NCBI RefSeq assembly: GCF_036321535.1
Contig: NC_087437.1
Location: 67,520,001 to 67,584,000, forward strand
Source: Camelus dromedarius
Taxonomy: Eukaryota
DNA: 64,000 bases
Reading direction: 5' to 3'
Shown here: positions 1 to 12,929 of the stretch, in pieces
Layout of the letters: each line of letters begins with the position of its first letter
Position numbering within the stretch: the stretch's first letter is position 1
The notes under the pieces: generated by a model
Seen by the model: only the letters and a program-made list of their open reading frames with translations
What the model was told of the DNA's origin: nothing
Databases searched by the model: none
Position numbers and translations under genes: made by a program

Positions 1-430
1 TGTTGTGCTCTCCTCATGGAGTCAGGACATGTCAACCTCCCAGCACATCCACATGTCACAGTATGTAGAGTAGTGCCAAGTAGGAAAGCTCACCTGAGAT
101 TGGTGTCCAGAATTTTTTATTGGGCTTTCATTACCTGGGTGTGATTGATTGAACCATTTGCCATGGTTGAAATAAATCACTAATCTCTTCCTGTTTCCTG
201 AGGTTGGGTTGGTATCAAATGACTCAAAACCTCAACTCTCCAGTTGTATGGTTAGTTCTTTTTGCCATGGCCAGTCCTCATCTTAAGCCATCTTGTTAGC
301 TAAACTATTTAGGGCCCTGCTGTGTCACTTTAGTAACAAATTATCAGGGACCACATGATAGTCTTCTATCACTGGGGGAAATTTCAAGGATTTACCTCTT
401 GGACAAAGCCAGCCAAATTCTTTATTACAA
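1..430 (-). mobile_element. ERVL solo LTR, MER21/MER77-like, cut by the window edge
   Basis: aagctcacctgagattggtgtccagaattttttattgggctttc and ggacaaagccagcc resemble the reverse complement of the recalled MER21-type LTR, including its AATAAAAA region. Subfamily uncertain. Confidence 0.55.
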
Positions 431-439
431 AGACTAGTG

Positions 440-1005
440 TATAGAAGGAGAATTGATTTTTGTATATTCATCTTATATTCTCCAACTATATTGAATGTAT
501 TTATTCACTGTGATAGCTTGGGGGGGGGGTGTTCCTTACGGTTTTCTGTGTGCAATATCGTGCCATCTTTGAAGACAGGTTTGCTACTTTTCTTTCAATC
601 TGCATATCTTTAATTCATTTTTCTAACCTAATTGGCCTTGTTTGAACCTCCACTGAAGTAGAGTGGTAAAAGTAAAGTGGTAAAAATGGCTATCCTTGCC
701 TTATTCCTGATCATAGAGGGAAAGTGTTCCTTTTTCACAATCACGTTTGGTTATCAGCAATGGGTTTTTCATATATACTCTTTATCACATTGAGGATGTT
801 TCCTTATACTCCTAGTTTGTTGAGTGTTTTTAATCATCAAAGGATACTGAATTTTGTGAAATGCTTTTTCTGAATCTATTGATATGATAATGTGATTTTT
901 TTGTCCTTTATTCTGTTAATGTGGTGTACTACATTGACTGATTTGGGGTTGTTAAGCCAAATTTGCATTCCTAGAATAAATTCTACTTTGTTTTAGTGTA
1001 TATTT
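440..1005 (-). mobile_element. Old L1 ORF2 fragment (RT region)
   Basis: Antisense L1 hallmarks: tatccttgccttattcctgat, gaattttgtgaaatgctttttctgaatctattga, ttgcattcctagaataaat. Confidence 0.8.
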
Positions 1006-1529
1006 AAAATTTTTTCTTAATTATAATTTAATCTGTTACAATGCTTGATTAGTTTTTTGTTTGCTTGTTTTACTATTCATTACTTTTGTGCATGCATAAA
1101 AAAGGGAAATAAATTAATTAAAGTATTCCCCAACTTTTTTCACATTTAAACTCTGCCTTATCTGTATCCTTTTGACTCAGAGTCACTGATGTTTGTGTTT
1201 TTCCAAGAAACAAATCCCCACCCAACTAAAGTGCTGGTAATGCTGAATTTCCAAAATGAATACGTAAAAGGAATAGAAGTCATGAGCCCTGGGCTCTTAA
1301 GCTATTTTTGTAATTAGGTATATCTCACTGACTTTTGATCCCTGCTGCTGAAACATTTCTAAACATTTCCGATGATAAACCTCCCCTGACTTCTCTTTAC
1401 AACTATTTGGTTTCTGAGGGTAAAAGAATGCTCCATTATGGTCTACAAAATTTTCTTCTGACACTTATTCTCCAGGTTTGATCGTGATACTTAAAAAACA
1501 ACAACCCCCCCCAAACCACAAAAAACTGT

Positions 1530-4500
1530 TAACTATCTTTAAGGTATATAGTTATGTACCCAGTAATGTTAACACATTGTTGTCCAACAGATCTCTAGAA
1601 CTTTTTCATCTTGCAAAACTGAACATCTATATCCATTGAACAACAATTCTCCTTTGCTTCCTCCTCCCAGTCCCTGGCAATCACATTTTACTTCCTGTTT
1701 CTAAGAGTTTGACTAATTTAGATACCTCATAAAAGTGAAATCATGTAGTAATTGTTTTCTTGTGACTGGCTTATTTTATTTAGCATACTGTCCTCTATAT
1801 TCATCCATGTTGCAGCATGTAACAGGACAGCATTTCCAGCTTTTTAAAGGCCGGACACTATTCTGTTGTTTGTATATACCATATTTTATTTATCTATTCA
1901 TCTGTTGATGACCATTTGTGTTGGTTCTACCTCTTGGCAATCATGAATATTATTGCAGTGAACGTGGTGAGTAAACATCTCTTTGAGATTCTGTTGTCAA
2001 TTCTTTTTATATATACCGAGAAATGGGATTGCTGGACCATATGTTAATTCCACTCTTAACTTTTGGGCAACTTCTATAATGTTTTCCCTAATATCCTCAA
2101 TATTTTACAATCCCACCAACAGTGTATAGGAGTTGCAGTTTCTCCACATCCTTCCAATGTTTATTATTTTCTGGCTTTTTTTTTTTTTTTTTTTTGGTTG
2201 TTGTTGATAGAGCCTATCGTAACAAGTGTGAAATGAAATTTTATTCTGATTCTGATATATGTTTCCTTGATGATTAATGATATTGAGCATCTTTTCATAT
2301 GTTTCTTGGCCATTTGTGTCTCTTCTTTGAAGAAATACCTATTCAAGTCCTTTGCTCATTTTTAAATTGGATTTTTTGTTGTTGTTGAGCTATGGGCTTT
2401 ATTGTGTACTCTGAATATTAACCCCTTATTACAGATACAGTTTGCAAATATTTTCTCCCATTCCATAGGTTGCCTTTTCACTCTGTTGGTTGTTTGCCGT
2501 GCAGAAGTTTTTAAGTTTGATATAGTCCTACATGTCTACTATTGCTTTTTGTGTGCGTGCTTTCAGTATCATACCCAAGAAACCATTGCCAAATTAAGTG
2601 TCAGGACACTTTCCCCCTATTTTTTATTGTAGAAGGTTTATAGTTTCACATTGCAAATTAGATCCTTGTTCATTTTGAGTTAACTTTTGTATTTGATATA
2701 AGGGAAGGATCCAGACTCATTTTTGGCATGTAGATACCCTGTTTTCTCAGTATCATTTGTTGAACAGAGTATCTTTTCCCCATTATGAAGCCTTGGCACT
2801 TTTGTCAAAGATCATATGACCATATGCAAGAGAGTTTATTTCTGGGCTCTCTATTGTGTTCCATTAGTCTGTATGTCTGTCTTCATGCCAGTACCACACT
2901 GTTTTGTTGATTACTGTAGCTCTGTAGTAAGTTTTGAAATCAGAAACTGTGAGACTACCAAGTTTGTTTCTCTTTTTCAAGATAATTTTGGCTATTTGCA
3001 GTTCATATGAATTTTAGAATGAGTTTTTGTATTTCTGCAAAAAGTGTTGGAATTTTGATCGGGATTGTATTGAATCTATAGATTAATTTGAGTAGGATGG
3101 ATATTTTAACAATATTAAGTCTTCCAACTCATGAGTACTGCATGTCTTTCCATTTTTTTTGTATCTTCTTTAATTTCTTTCATCTGTTTATGTAGTTTTC
3201 AGTGTATGTCTTTTGTGTCCTTGATTAAGTTTATTCTTAAATATTTTATTTTTTGATACCACTGTAAATGGAATTGTTCTTTTAATTTCTTTTTTGGATT
3301 GTTCATTGTTAGTGTATAGAAGCACAACTGATTTTGGGGTATTGACTTTGTATCCTGCAACTTTACTGAATTTGTTTATTGGTCCTAGCAGTATTTTGTA
3401 GAATTTTTTTGGTTTTCTATGTGTAAGATCATGTCATCTGCAAACAAAAATTGTATTTGTTTCTTTCCTATTTGGATGCATTTTATCTCTTTCTATTGCT
3501 TGATTTTTCTGCCTAGGACTTCTAGTACTGTGTTGAATAGAAATGGCAAGAGTGGGCATCCTTGCCTTGTTTTTGATATGAAAGGGAAAGGTTTCAATTT
3601 TTCACTATTGAATATGATATTAGTTGTGGGCTTTTCATGGATTGCCTTTATTGTGTTGAGGTAATTTTCTTCTACTCCTAGGTTATTGAGTGTTTAATCA
3701 CAAAGGGATGTTGAATTTTGTGAAATTCTTTTTCTGCATCAGTTGAGATTATGGTGTTGTTTTTGTTCTTCATTCTGCTAATTATTCATAGTAATCATTT
3801 ATGATCAGTTTATAATTCTGTTTAAATGTTAGATTCTGTTTGCTTGTCTTTTGTTGAGAAAGTTACATCTATATTCATAAGGATATTATTTTGTCATTTT
3901 CTTTTCTTGTAATTTCTTTGTCTGGTTTTGGTATAAAGGCAATACTCACCTCACAAAACAAGTGAAAACTGTCCCTTTGTCTTCTATTTTTGCAAGAGTT
4001 TGTAAAAAATTGGTGTTAATTTTTTAAAAAATATTTGGTAGTTTTCACCAGTAAAGCTTCTAAATTGTTCTTTCCTTGGTGGGATTTTTTAAACTTACTA
4101 AATCAGTCTCTTTACTTATTATATATCTATTCATATCTTCCATTTCTTCTTAAGTCCGTTTCAGTAGTTTTTATCTTTTTAGAAAACTTTCCATCTCTTT
4201 TAAGTTTGTTGGTATATAATTGTTTATAGTATGCTCTTATTATCCTTCTTATTTCTATAATGTCAGTAGCTATATCTGTTCTTTCATTCCTAATTTTAGT
4301 AATTTGAATCTTATCTCTGTTTTATCTTGGTAATTTTAGCTACAGGCTTGTCAATTTTGTTGATATTTTCAAGAATCTACTCTTGTTTTTTATTGACTTT
4401 ATTATTTTTTATTCTCTACTTCATTAATGTCTTCCCTAGTCCTAGCAATTTCATTATTTCCATTTTCTTTAGGTTCAATTTACACTTTCTCTAGGGTCTT

Positions 4501-4600
4501 ACAATGGGAGATTAGGTTATTGATTTGAGATCTTTTTCTTTTTTAAATGCAGGCATTTGTAGCTATCAGTTTCCTTTAGAGTACTGCTTTTGCAACATCC
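1530..4600 (-). mobile_element. L1 (L1MA/L1MB-like), 3' UTR plus about 2.5 kb of decayed ORF2
   Basis: 3'-end motif caacagatctctagaactttttcatcttgc. ORF 2164-2346(-) MNRYFFKEETQMAKKHMKRCSISLII is the L1 ORF2 C-terminal region. gagtgggcatccttgccttgt near 3550. Confidence 0.85.
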
Positions 4601-6129
4601 CATACATTTTATACCCAGTATTTCTCCCTCCGCCCATTTTCTTTTCATCATATTCCTTATGTCAGCTCTTCTCTCGTTAAGTATTGATATTATGTCTTGG
4701 CTTATTTCTGACAGACCTTATTTGGGGAGACTAATACTTTATTTCCTAAAACTGCTGATGTATTCATGTGACAAGAAATTTGGACCATGATGGGACTGGT
4801 ACCCAGTACCATCCATAAACCAAGGCAAATAATGTCTGTTTGGGGCCCTGCTTCTTTTAAGGTTCCACATACTACATACACTTATTATACACATAAACAT
4901 ACATTTATTGAAAACAATATGGGTGACTCTCCCTTTAGCAAACACTCAGTTCTACCACAATATGATCTATTACCCTGAACATCTGTTCTTACAGATAATA
5001 ATGTCCAGGCTCCAGGAAAACACTTATCTTTCTCTTGCCTTAATACAAAAGACAACTACATATAATGCTGTGAAAGTTTGTGGGTTGGGCTATTGTTTCT
5101 GTCTGGAAGAGAAAAGATAAATTAATTGACTTGTCTAGTCTTTCCTCTCAGATACCATGAGCACTGCAGATTCTTGTTTCTCAGGGGTGCTGAGTATCCA
5201 TGTTTTTGCTTTTCTTTAAATAATCTGTGGTTCCAGAAGCACTCAGAAATTAGTCCAGAATTTTCATGGAAACTGAAGAACTTTTTTCTGTATTGAATAT
5301 TAAACAGTTTAAATCATTATAGGCTTAATATATGTGATGACTTTTTCACGCCAACTTTGGGCAAATTTTTCTCACCTGCCTCTCTATTCAAAGGCATGGT
5401 GCTATCATGTGGTGGCCCCTTGAGCACAGATTTTGTGGAAGGGAAAGAAGGCTTGTGTCATCAGATATATCATCTTTTGGGCAATCAACCTTGGTGCTAA
5501 CTCTGTGTCTGTGAGATGTGTTTTAGCAAATTTATAGTTTGGTCATTAAGTTTAATGTTCCTTTAACATGTATTGGGCACCTGCAATGTAACAATTACAG
5601 TGCTAGTCGGTGAAGGTATAAAGAAGAATAAGCCACTGCTAATGTTCCCAAAGAGCTTTTGGTTAAGGGACATGTGAAAAAAACTACTATTAATGACTAT
5701 GATATTTAACAAAAATAATAATTCAGATTATAATTATTTGAGCACTTAGGAAGAGATATGAATAAAAACCTGAGATTTAAATAGGGTAAATAACCTTCCC
5801 TAGACTGAATAATAAAGTTAAAATAGCAATAGAAGTAAACACCCATGATTCTCATAAGAAGGATGGTTCCAGAAGGTAATGTCAAATTGATTTGGAAAAA
5901 GGAAGAAAAAAGAGGACATTTACATCAATTGGAAAAAAAAGGCTCAGCTCTATTCTCTCCACCTTCTAAGAACGTTTTCATATACATGCACTCTGTTTTC
6001 CTGAAAATTTGACTCTGACACATCATCCTACACAATGGCATCAGCACATTTTCTTTCCTGAACAATGTGGGCAGAAATTATGCTCAGCGACAAATAATTC
6101 CTGGATGGTTGTAGTTTACACCACGGTAC

Positions 6130-6360
6130 TTAGAGCTGGAATGCTTATTTAAATCCTGGCTTTGATTCTTCCTCTGTAAACAATCTTGTGACAGTTAAAG
6201 AAACTCTGTTCCTTGGGTTTTTTTTTTTTTTTTAATCTGTAAAATGAGAATGATACCCTTCATAGAATAGTTATGAAGAGTCAATGAAATAATAGATGTG
6301 AAGTGCTGAGAACCATGTTTTGCACAGAATAATCTCCTATAAATGTAAGCTCTTCTAAGA
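6130..6360 (+). mobile_element. MIR SINE remnant
   Basis: Core motif atctgtaaaatgagaatgataccc...atgtgaagtgctgagaac. Confidence 0.6.
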
Positions 6361-7764
6361 GTATTAAGACTTTGATAGATTTGTCTTCTCAGAGGGTCAT
6401 AAAGTAAAAATAGGAAATTCACATTATAGGGTAGATAAGGAGAATTATATTCCATTAAAGAGGCGTCAACTGCCTGATGTACTCTGAGTCAGAGGTAAGG
6501 AAGTGAGAGGAGAAGGAAGTGCACTGTGCTCTTGTTTTAGTAGCTGTGGTGGCTCTGTTAGAGATAAAGAGAGATAAAGCCTGGATAGTTAACAGAGGTT
6601 TTTTAGATCCAGATAAAAACTTTTTAACTGTCAGTCCTAGTTTTTTTTCTTTGATGTTTTAGTATTTCCATGTTTTCATAGATATTTTTAAGGAGAGAAG
6701 CTGCTTTAGGGGTTGTTATTAAGATTGTAAAGCACAAGTCACGACAGTTTTTTGTTTGTTTGTTTTTTTTAAACTAAAACCTAAGTGGAATGCATGGTAT
6801 AGCACAAAAGAATTTCTCATAAGAATTGACCAAGCCTCTTCACCTCCCACCTCTCCTACTCAGATTCAGTAGATAATGTCATATTCGAAGAAAGTAAAGA
6901 TGATAAAGTAATCAACAGACAACATCAAATGACAAAGATAATTTTAAAATAATAAAACTACTTTGTGACCTAAAACTGCATCTCTGAAAATGTAAGGGTT
7001 TGCTCTGGCAGTGGTGGAAAGCCTTGAGGACTTCCTAGTTTCGTAAGAGCTGGGATTCTCTCTTTCCTGTGACTGCTGAGTCTCCTTGGGCCTGACACAG
7101 TGCTGACACATAGTGACTGCCCAGTTAATTCCTCTTCCAGGATTAAAGATCTGGCAGTGGTAGGATGCTAACTAGGATCAGAAAAGAAGGCAATGTGTGT
7201 GTAAGGCTTGACCAGCAAACCTCATGCAGCAAAGTGACAAAATGTTAAAGCAGTACACCATGCACCTCCTATGAGAGAGAAACTGAGAAAAGGCAATCAA
7301 ATTAGGTGGAATGATCTCAACTATCCACCCAATAGAGGCCAAGCCAGGATGAAATCCTCAGTAGAAGCTAAGTATGTAGATGAGTTCTGTCTCCGTCCTT
7401 CAACAGGCCATCTTAAAATTCACAGAGAAAATCTTTCCATCGGCTTGATTCTTTTTTAGGGAACAAAAACTTGTACCTTATTTATCTGTAAGGATAAATA
7501 AGAAGCAGCACCAAAATTTAACACAGTGATCTTGTGGGGAAAGGAAAATAAGCGAGCAAAAAGACATTCATCATAAAATTGAGATTTAGAGATTGAAAAT
7601 AGACAGAATAAGATGTTAAGGATACCATGAAAGGGAAAACAATTGAAAGCACATAAATCACAGTAAGCCTGAAAGTCAGGTTTTCAAAAAGGAACCCTAC
7701 AATGAGGAAAATTATCTTTGCAGAAAGAGGAAAATCAGTTAAAAGATGAGACCAGGGTACCTCA

Positions 7765-8137
7765 AAATTGTGTCAGGTCAAGGGCATAATAAACATTAGG
7801 CATGTCAAAAAAACAATTCAAGGAAAATCTGCAAGATTCCCTAATGCCAATAATAATTTCTTTAAGCACACCAAATGCAGAAAACCAGAGAAACAAGCAC
7901 TTGGCATTGGTTCTGTGAAGGCTGGACTTGGGAAGGAAGAGAGAGAGCAAGGAGAATAAATGAATTCTTTGCTTTGGGGTTTTCTGAGGAAGACGTTAAA
8001 GGAATCTCCACTCCCAAATTATATCTTAACAAAGACAGATCAGAGATACTAGATCAAACGCCAGGAAATGCTATGTCTGTTCTATATGTAATTGAAAAAG
8101 TAGATGAAGACAAATAACTTGGACTGATATCATCCAT
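7765..8137 (+). mobile_element. Ancient CR1-clade LINE ORF2 fossil (between the endonuclease and RT domains)
   Basis: Overlapping ORFs read KLCQVKGIINIRHVKK...NNNFFKHTKCRKPEKQALG and RINEFFALGFSEEDVKGISTPKLYLNKDRSEILDQ...IEKVDEDK*LG, followed by gatatcatccat (DIIH). These follow, in order, the recalled sauropsid CR1 ORF2 motifs KLWQVKC..IRQAKK, NFFKYIRSRKP.KQSVG, KLNEFFASVFT.EDV..IPTP and IDKL..NKSPGPDGIHP. Confidence 0.7.
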
Positions 8138-9689
8138 CTTAGTTTTTTTTTGTCACAAAAATGCCTTTGCTCCACCTACTCTTGAACTCACTGTCTAGCA
8201 TGGTAGATATTTGCAAGTGTCTCCCACTGGCCAGCTTCAGTACAGACTGGTTCACACCCAGGTGAGAGGAGCGTGAAGGCAGCTGGTCAACCTCTGAGAC
8301 ATCTCAGTAGAGACCCTGCTTTCTTCTCTGCTGTGTCTTCCATTCCTGTTTCCTCCGTAGCAGCCAGGCTCCTAGTAGCACGCTGTCTACCCGCATGCAC
8401 CATCACTGACCTTTTGGGTTCTAGAATCTCTCTTAGTCTGCCCTTTGTAAGTGTATGCACTTGAGACCTACCGCATATCGGGCTTACGATGTTGTTTGCC
8501 TACACTCCAGCACTTGGTAAGGGATCTGTTTTCTCTTTCCCTATTTTGTGGTCCTAGCATCTCTCAGATCTCTTAGGCCCTCTGCTGCTAATGGAACTCA
8601 GGGGTGAAATTGTGGAGTCATTGGCATAAATATGCATGCTGCCATAAAGAAGCCTCTCTGCTATGTGATTGCCAAGGAAACTCCCAACCATGAGTGAGAA
8701 GGGATCCCTGGAGACCCGAGAGTTACAGACCAATGGATCTCATTCTTTGTTAGGCAGACTGGTGGGATTTGTAACAGAGGATTGTTCACTGATCACTGGA
8801 GTCAGCACTTCTGAGACTTTCCCAAAGATGACTTAACATGGCCAAGTAGATTGAATAGGTAACACCCTGGGAGTTGACGATGGTACATTCTGGGCATAAT
8901 TTGAATAAATCTCCTGTAAGAACAAAAGTGCATTTTAATTTTTGTATTTTATTTGATATTTTTGTGTGAATCTTGCATTCTACTACATAATAATATTTGC
9001 TTTAGGAGCTAAACTATGTTTTGGTTCTGGTTCCTGAAAAAAGTGATATAGCATGAGCTATGAGCTCCTTCTCTAAAACCAACCAATTGTAGAGGTTGGA
9101 GGGCAGCTTAAACCTGAGAAATGAACACAAAAACTATGAGAAACCTTGAAGTTGGAGGTCACAGTAGCTCAGAGTAGAGGTCAGCCAGACACAGCAGTGG
9201 AAGATGGCGGTTTGTAAATCCTGCTCTTGCTTTTCCTCCACAGTTGGGCAATCATTGCTGACCCCGTCACCTCAACAACTGCTCAGGCTGCCGGGTGTTG
9301 GATGGTGATATGAAGTCATAAAAAGAGTTGCTGGGGTAAGTAGCTGATGCCCAATGACTGGCTGCCTGGCTGCTCTCAAGTATTTGCTTCTCCAAACTCC
9401 CAGGGCAGCTGGGTAATTAGTAAAGAGGCTGCCCCTTCCCAGTGCTGGTTTATTCTGGTGGTTAAGAAATGGATTGCTAATTAGTAAAATGTGGCAATAA
9501 ATGGGAGCAGGAAATGCCGCCTGTGATGCAATCTTCCCCAGGGCTTTCGCTTCACTTCTACAACTCACCAAGAAGGACAAAACTAAGGACTGGATATTGG
9601 ACCTTCTCCTTTACACATTACTTGGTATGGTAGCTGATAGACTCAGGGGCACGTAAGTCCACTGACCAAAATAACCAGGCAATTGAGAC

Positions 9690-10060
9690 ATTGAACTACG
9701 GTAAAGAAAAACAACAGACCATACAAGATGGAATTACTGGAACTGGTGAATTAAGAATTTACAGTAAGCAAAATAACATGCTCAATGAGCTACAGGAGGC
9801 AATGAAGCAGAAAAATTCATACAAACGATCAAACAAAAATGTTAGGTCTAAAAAAAATAGTGGAATCAAGATCACAGAAGCTGAGATAAACAGTAGAATG
9901 GATACAGTTGAAAATGAAACAGTGAGGGGAGTTCAGATTGAGGAAATTTTTTAGTCAGTGGCAGGGAAGAATAAAGGCCAGAAAAATTAATAGAAAAATT
10001 AGAGAGTAGAAGTAGTAAGTAAAGATAGTAAGTCCCAGAAAGAGACAAAAGATATGTTTA
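9690..10060 (+). mobile_element. Very old L1/HAL1-like ORF1 remnant
   Basis: ORF 9691-9954 contains EINSRMDTVENE...IEEIF, similar to the L1 ORF1 coiled-coil LNSRLDTAEE. Purine-rich. Confidence 0.5.
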
Positions 10061-11040
10061 AAAATTCCAGCTAGTTATTTGACATTTGTCCTCCAAAGTT
10101 TGAAGTAAAAAGGAAGATTATTCTGCTTACTCTTTACCCTCAGGAAGATGAACTGCATTCATTCTACAGATTGATATTCTGCCTTTACTACAGAAATACC
10201 AGGGGAAAGGTGTCTATTAGTTCCACAGTATGCCTGTCTTGATGGGGGAGGGGCAGTGATGTGCTGGGGGCCATGAGTTATAAACCAACACTCCAGCAAA
10301 GAGAAATCAGTAAGCATGCTTTATTTTGACTTAAGATTTTGCCAAAGATTTACATGAAATGCGTGTACACACACACACATACACATACAGAAGTTATCGT
10401 TCTGATGTTGGTGATGTTACTTACACCTGGGAGATTCGTATAGGAGAAGAAATGAGGAAGTCAGCATACCAAAATATAGGAAAAATCTGATCATTTCTTT
10501 GACTCCAGGATTGTTAAAATGAGTTCCCGCAGGTATTTGGTATGACTGGACCTCATGAAAACTTTTAATAAATTTCTTAGGAGTTTTCAGTAAAACCTCC
10601 AGATTTGCTAATCCACTGAGGACCTTGCAATGGTCAAATTCCTAACAGATGTGCTGAGAAGTTGGACAGATTGGTAGTGTCATGTAGCTTGGTTCCTTGG
10701 TCATGTTAAACTGAACTTAGACCAAGACATGCATCAAAGTTAACATAATATATCTTTCCTTATTCTTAATATCTATGTTACTCTAGACAATCCAGGGAAG
10801 CTTACAGTTGCTGGAGGAAGGAGATAAGTATAACAGACAGCCTAACATCAGGGAAATTGAAAACAAAATATATATTTTTTAATCCTGGAAAGCCTAAGCC
10901 TGAAATAATATTTTATTAAAGTTAATTTATTGAGCTAATAAATTCATGAAATGTTCATATAGATTCGTTCACTAGATTTCAGTGCCAAACTCAGAGGGAC
11001 CCTCTGAGGTACCAAAAGAGGTAAATTTATACATGGCTCA

Positions 11041-11419
11041 TGAAATGGTTTAATTTTATGTGTCGATGTGGCTAAGCTATGGTGCCCAGGTATTTGGGCA
11101 AACACTAGTTGAGATGTTGCTGTGAAGGTGGGTGTGAGTAACATTTACCATCAGTTGACTTTGAGTAAAGCACCATAAATGATGTAGGTGGGCCTCATTC
11201 AGTCACTTGAAGGTCTTATGAACTAAATCTGAGATTTTCCTGAGAAGAAGGAATTCTGCCCACAGACTAACATGGGATTTTGCCTGAATTTCCAGCCTGC
11301 TGGTTTGCCTAACCAGTTTTGGACTTGCCAGTCTCCACAATTGTGTGAGCCAATTTCTTAGAATAAATCTCTTTTGCTGAGTATCCGATTGGTTTCTTTG
11401 GAGAACCCTGACTGATACA
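11041..11419 (+). mobile_element. MLT2-type (ERVL) solo LTR
   Basis: TG...CA termini (tgaaatggtttaattttatgtgtc ... gagaaccctgactgataca), an internal AATAAA, and a perfect 5-bp TSD gctca at 11036-11040 and 11420-11424. Confidence 0.85.
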
Positions 11420-11539
11420 GCTCACAAATTCGGGGAATTCTTTGGATAAAGAGGCACTAGACAACTCAGTTTATTTAAATTTAATTTATAGGCAAAAGAT
11501 AGATTTAGATTTATGTAAATCCTAACACATTTACCTTCC

Positions 11540-12230
11540 AAATATCTCCTGAATGCAATTTCATTACTTGTACGGTCAATCCGATCCAAGCCACCCTTCT
11601 CTCAAATGGACAAGTAACAGGGCCTCCTAACTGGTTTACTGCCTTCTACTCTCCCTCATCACACCTCTCACCTCTTGCCAAATGATCTGTGGCAATTGGA
11701 AATGCTTATCCAATCCCAAACATATTTACATACCTTTGAAGGGTATGTCTGGTCTGGCCTTACCTGTTTTTCCATCTTCATCTTGATCTAGGCTCTTTTT
11801 TTCATGCCCCTCTTGGTTCTAGCCACACAGATTTCTTCCATTCATTTATACATGAAATAGTTGGTTCACCAGAAAGCTTTAACAATGTCGTAATTGCACA
11901 GTGCTTTGATGTGTCTGGGAGAACTTTCACTCATTCTTTAGATCAGCTCTCTTGTCACTACTTTAGGGGAGCGACCATTGACCTTCATCAGGTCTAATCC
12001 TATTATTCATAGGCCTTCACAGCACCCTGTAGCTCTCATTTGTAGCAGTTATCACAACTCAAGTTTTATGTTTGATAATATATCGATGTGATAATGAGTG
12101 GTGTCTATTCTATTAGATATAAAGCTTCATGAAGACAGGGATCATGACTGTTTTGTTCCTCTTTTATTCCCAGAGTATAGGACAAGATGTGACAAATAGC
12201 CACTCAATAAAAACTTAATGCATAAGTTGA
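11540..12230 (+). mobile_element. L2 3' remnant
   Basis: ccaagccacc...gcctcctaactggt, aagcttcatgaagacagggatc, and terminal cactcaataaa are typical L2 3'-end motifs. Confidence 0.6.
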
Positions 12231-12929
12231 GTTACAGATTCATGAATCATCCATCTAGAGTGACACAGACTAGAGATATTTGGGGTTACATCATAAACAC
12301 CCAAGTTTGGCGAAATATACTCTGATGTAATTTATAATATTTAGATTAAAAGGAACAAGGAGAAATATGCTTTTTTATTCCATTTTATGCAATAAATTAC
12401 AAATGTAAGTTTTAAACATATAAGGTGCCCTGAATCTAGGCAAGTTTTCACTTGATTTTTGCTGTGAAATGTTATGTGGTTTTAGATTATGCTCAGCAGA
12501 GTATGTTCATATATCTGTTATGAACTTTTCCTTGGCAATCAGTAAAGTAAGGAAGAAGCAACTTAAATCAATTAGTAGCTGCTGATTCACAAAATGTAAG
12601 AGTTTAATGGAAACTTTGGCCAGCACATTAGATGTTATTAATTGCATGAAGTGGCATGCTTGGTGGATTAGCTGAGTTGGTTAGATTGAGAGACATGATG
12701 GGGAAAAATAGGAGTCAAACAGGAGCAAATACATATGAGAAACTGAGTTTTTCTTGTTTGTTGTTCTTCAGGCTTAATAAATTTTAAGGAATAGGTAATA
12801 GCAAACATAAAATAATATCACCCTATTATTAAAGATAAGGTTTATAAAATGCCAGATAATAAACCTGATCTATTTGACTATTAGTATGGTTTATTTAATA
12901 ATATGATATTAACTTGTAAAGCGCCTATA

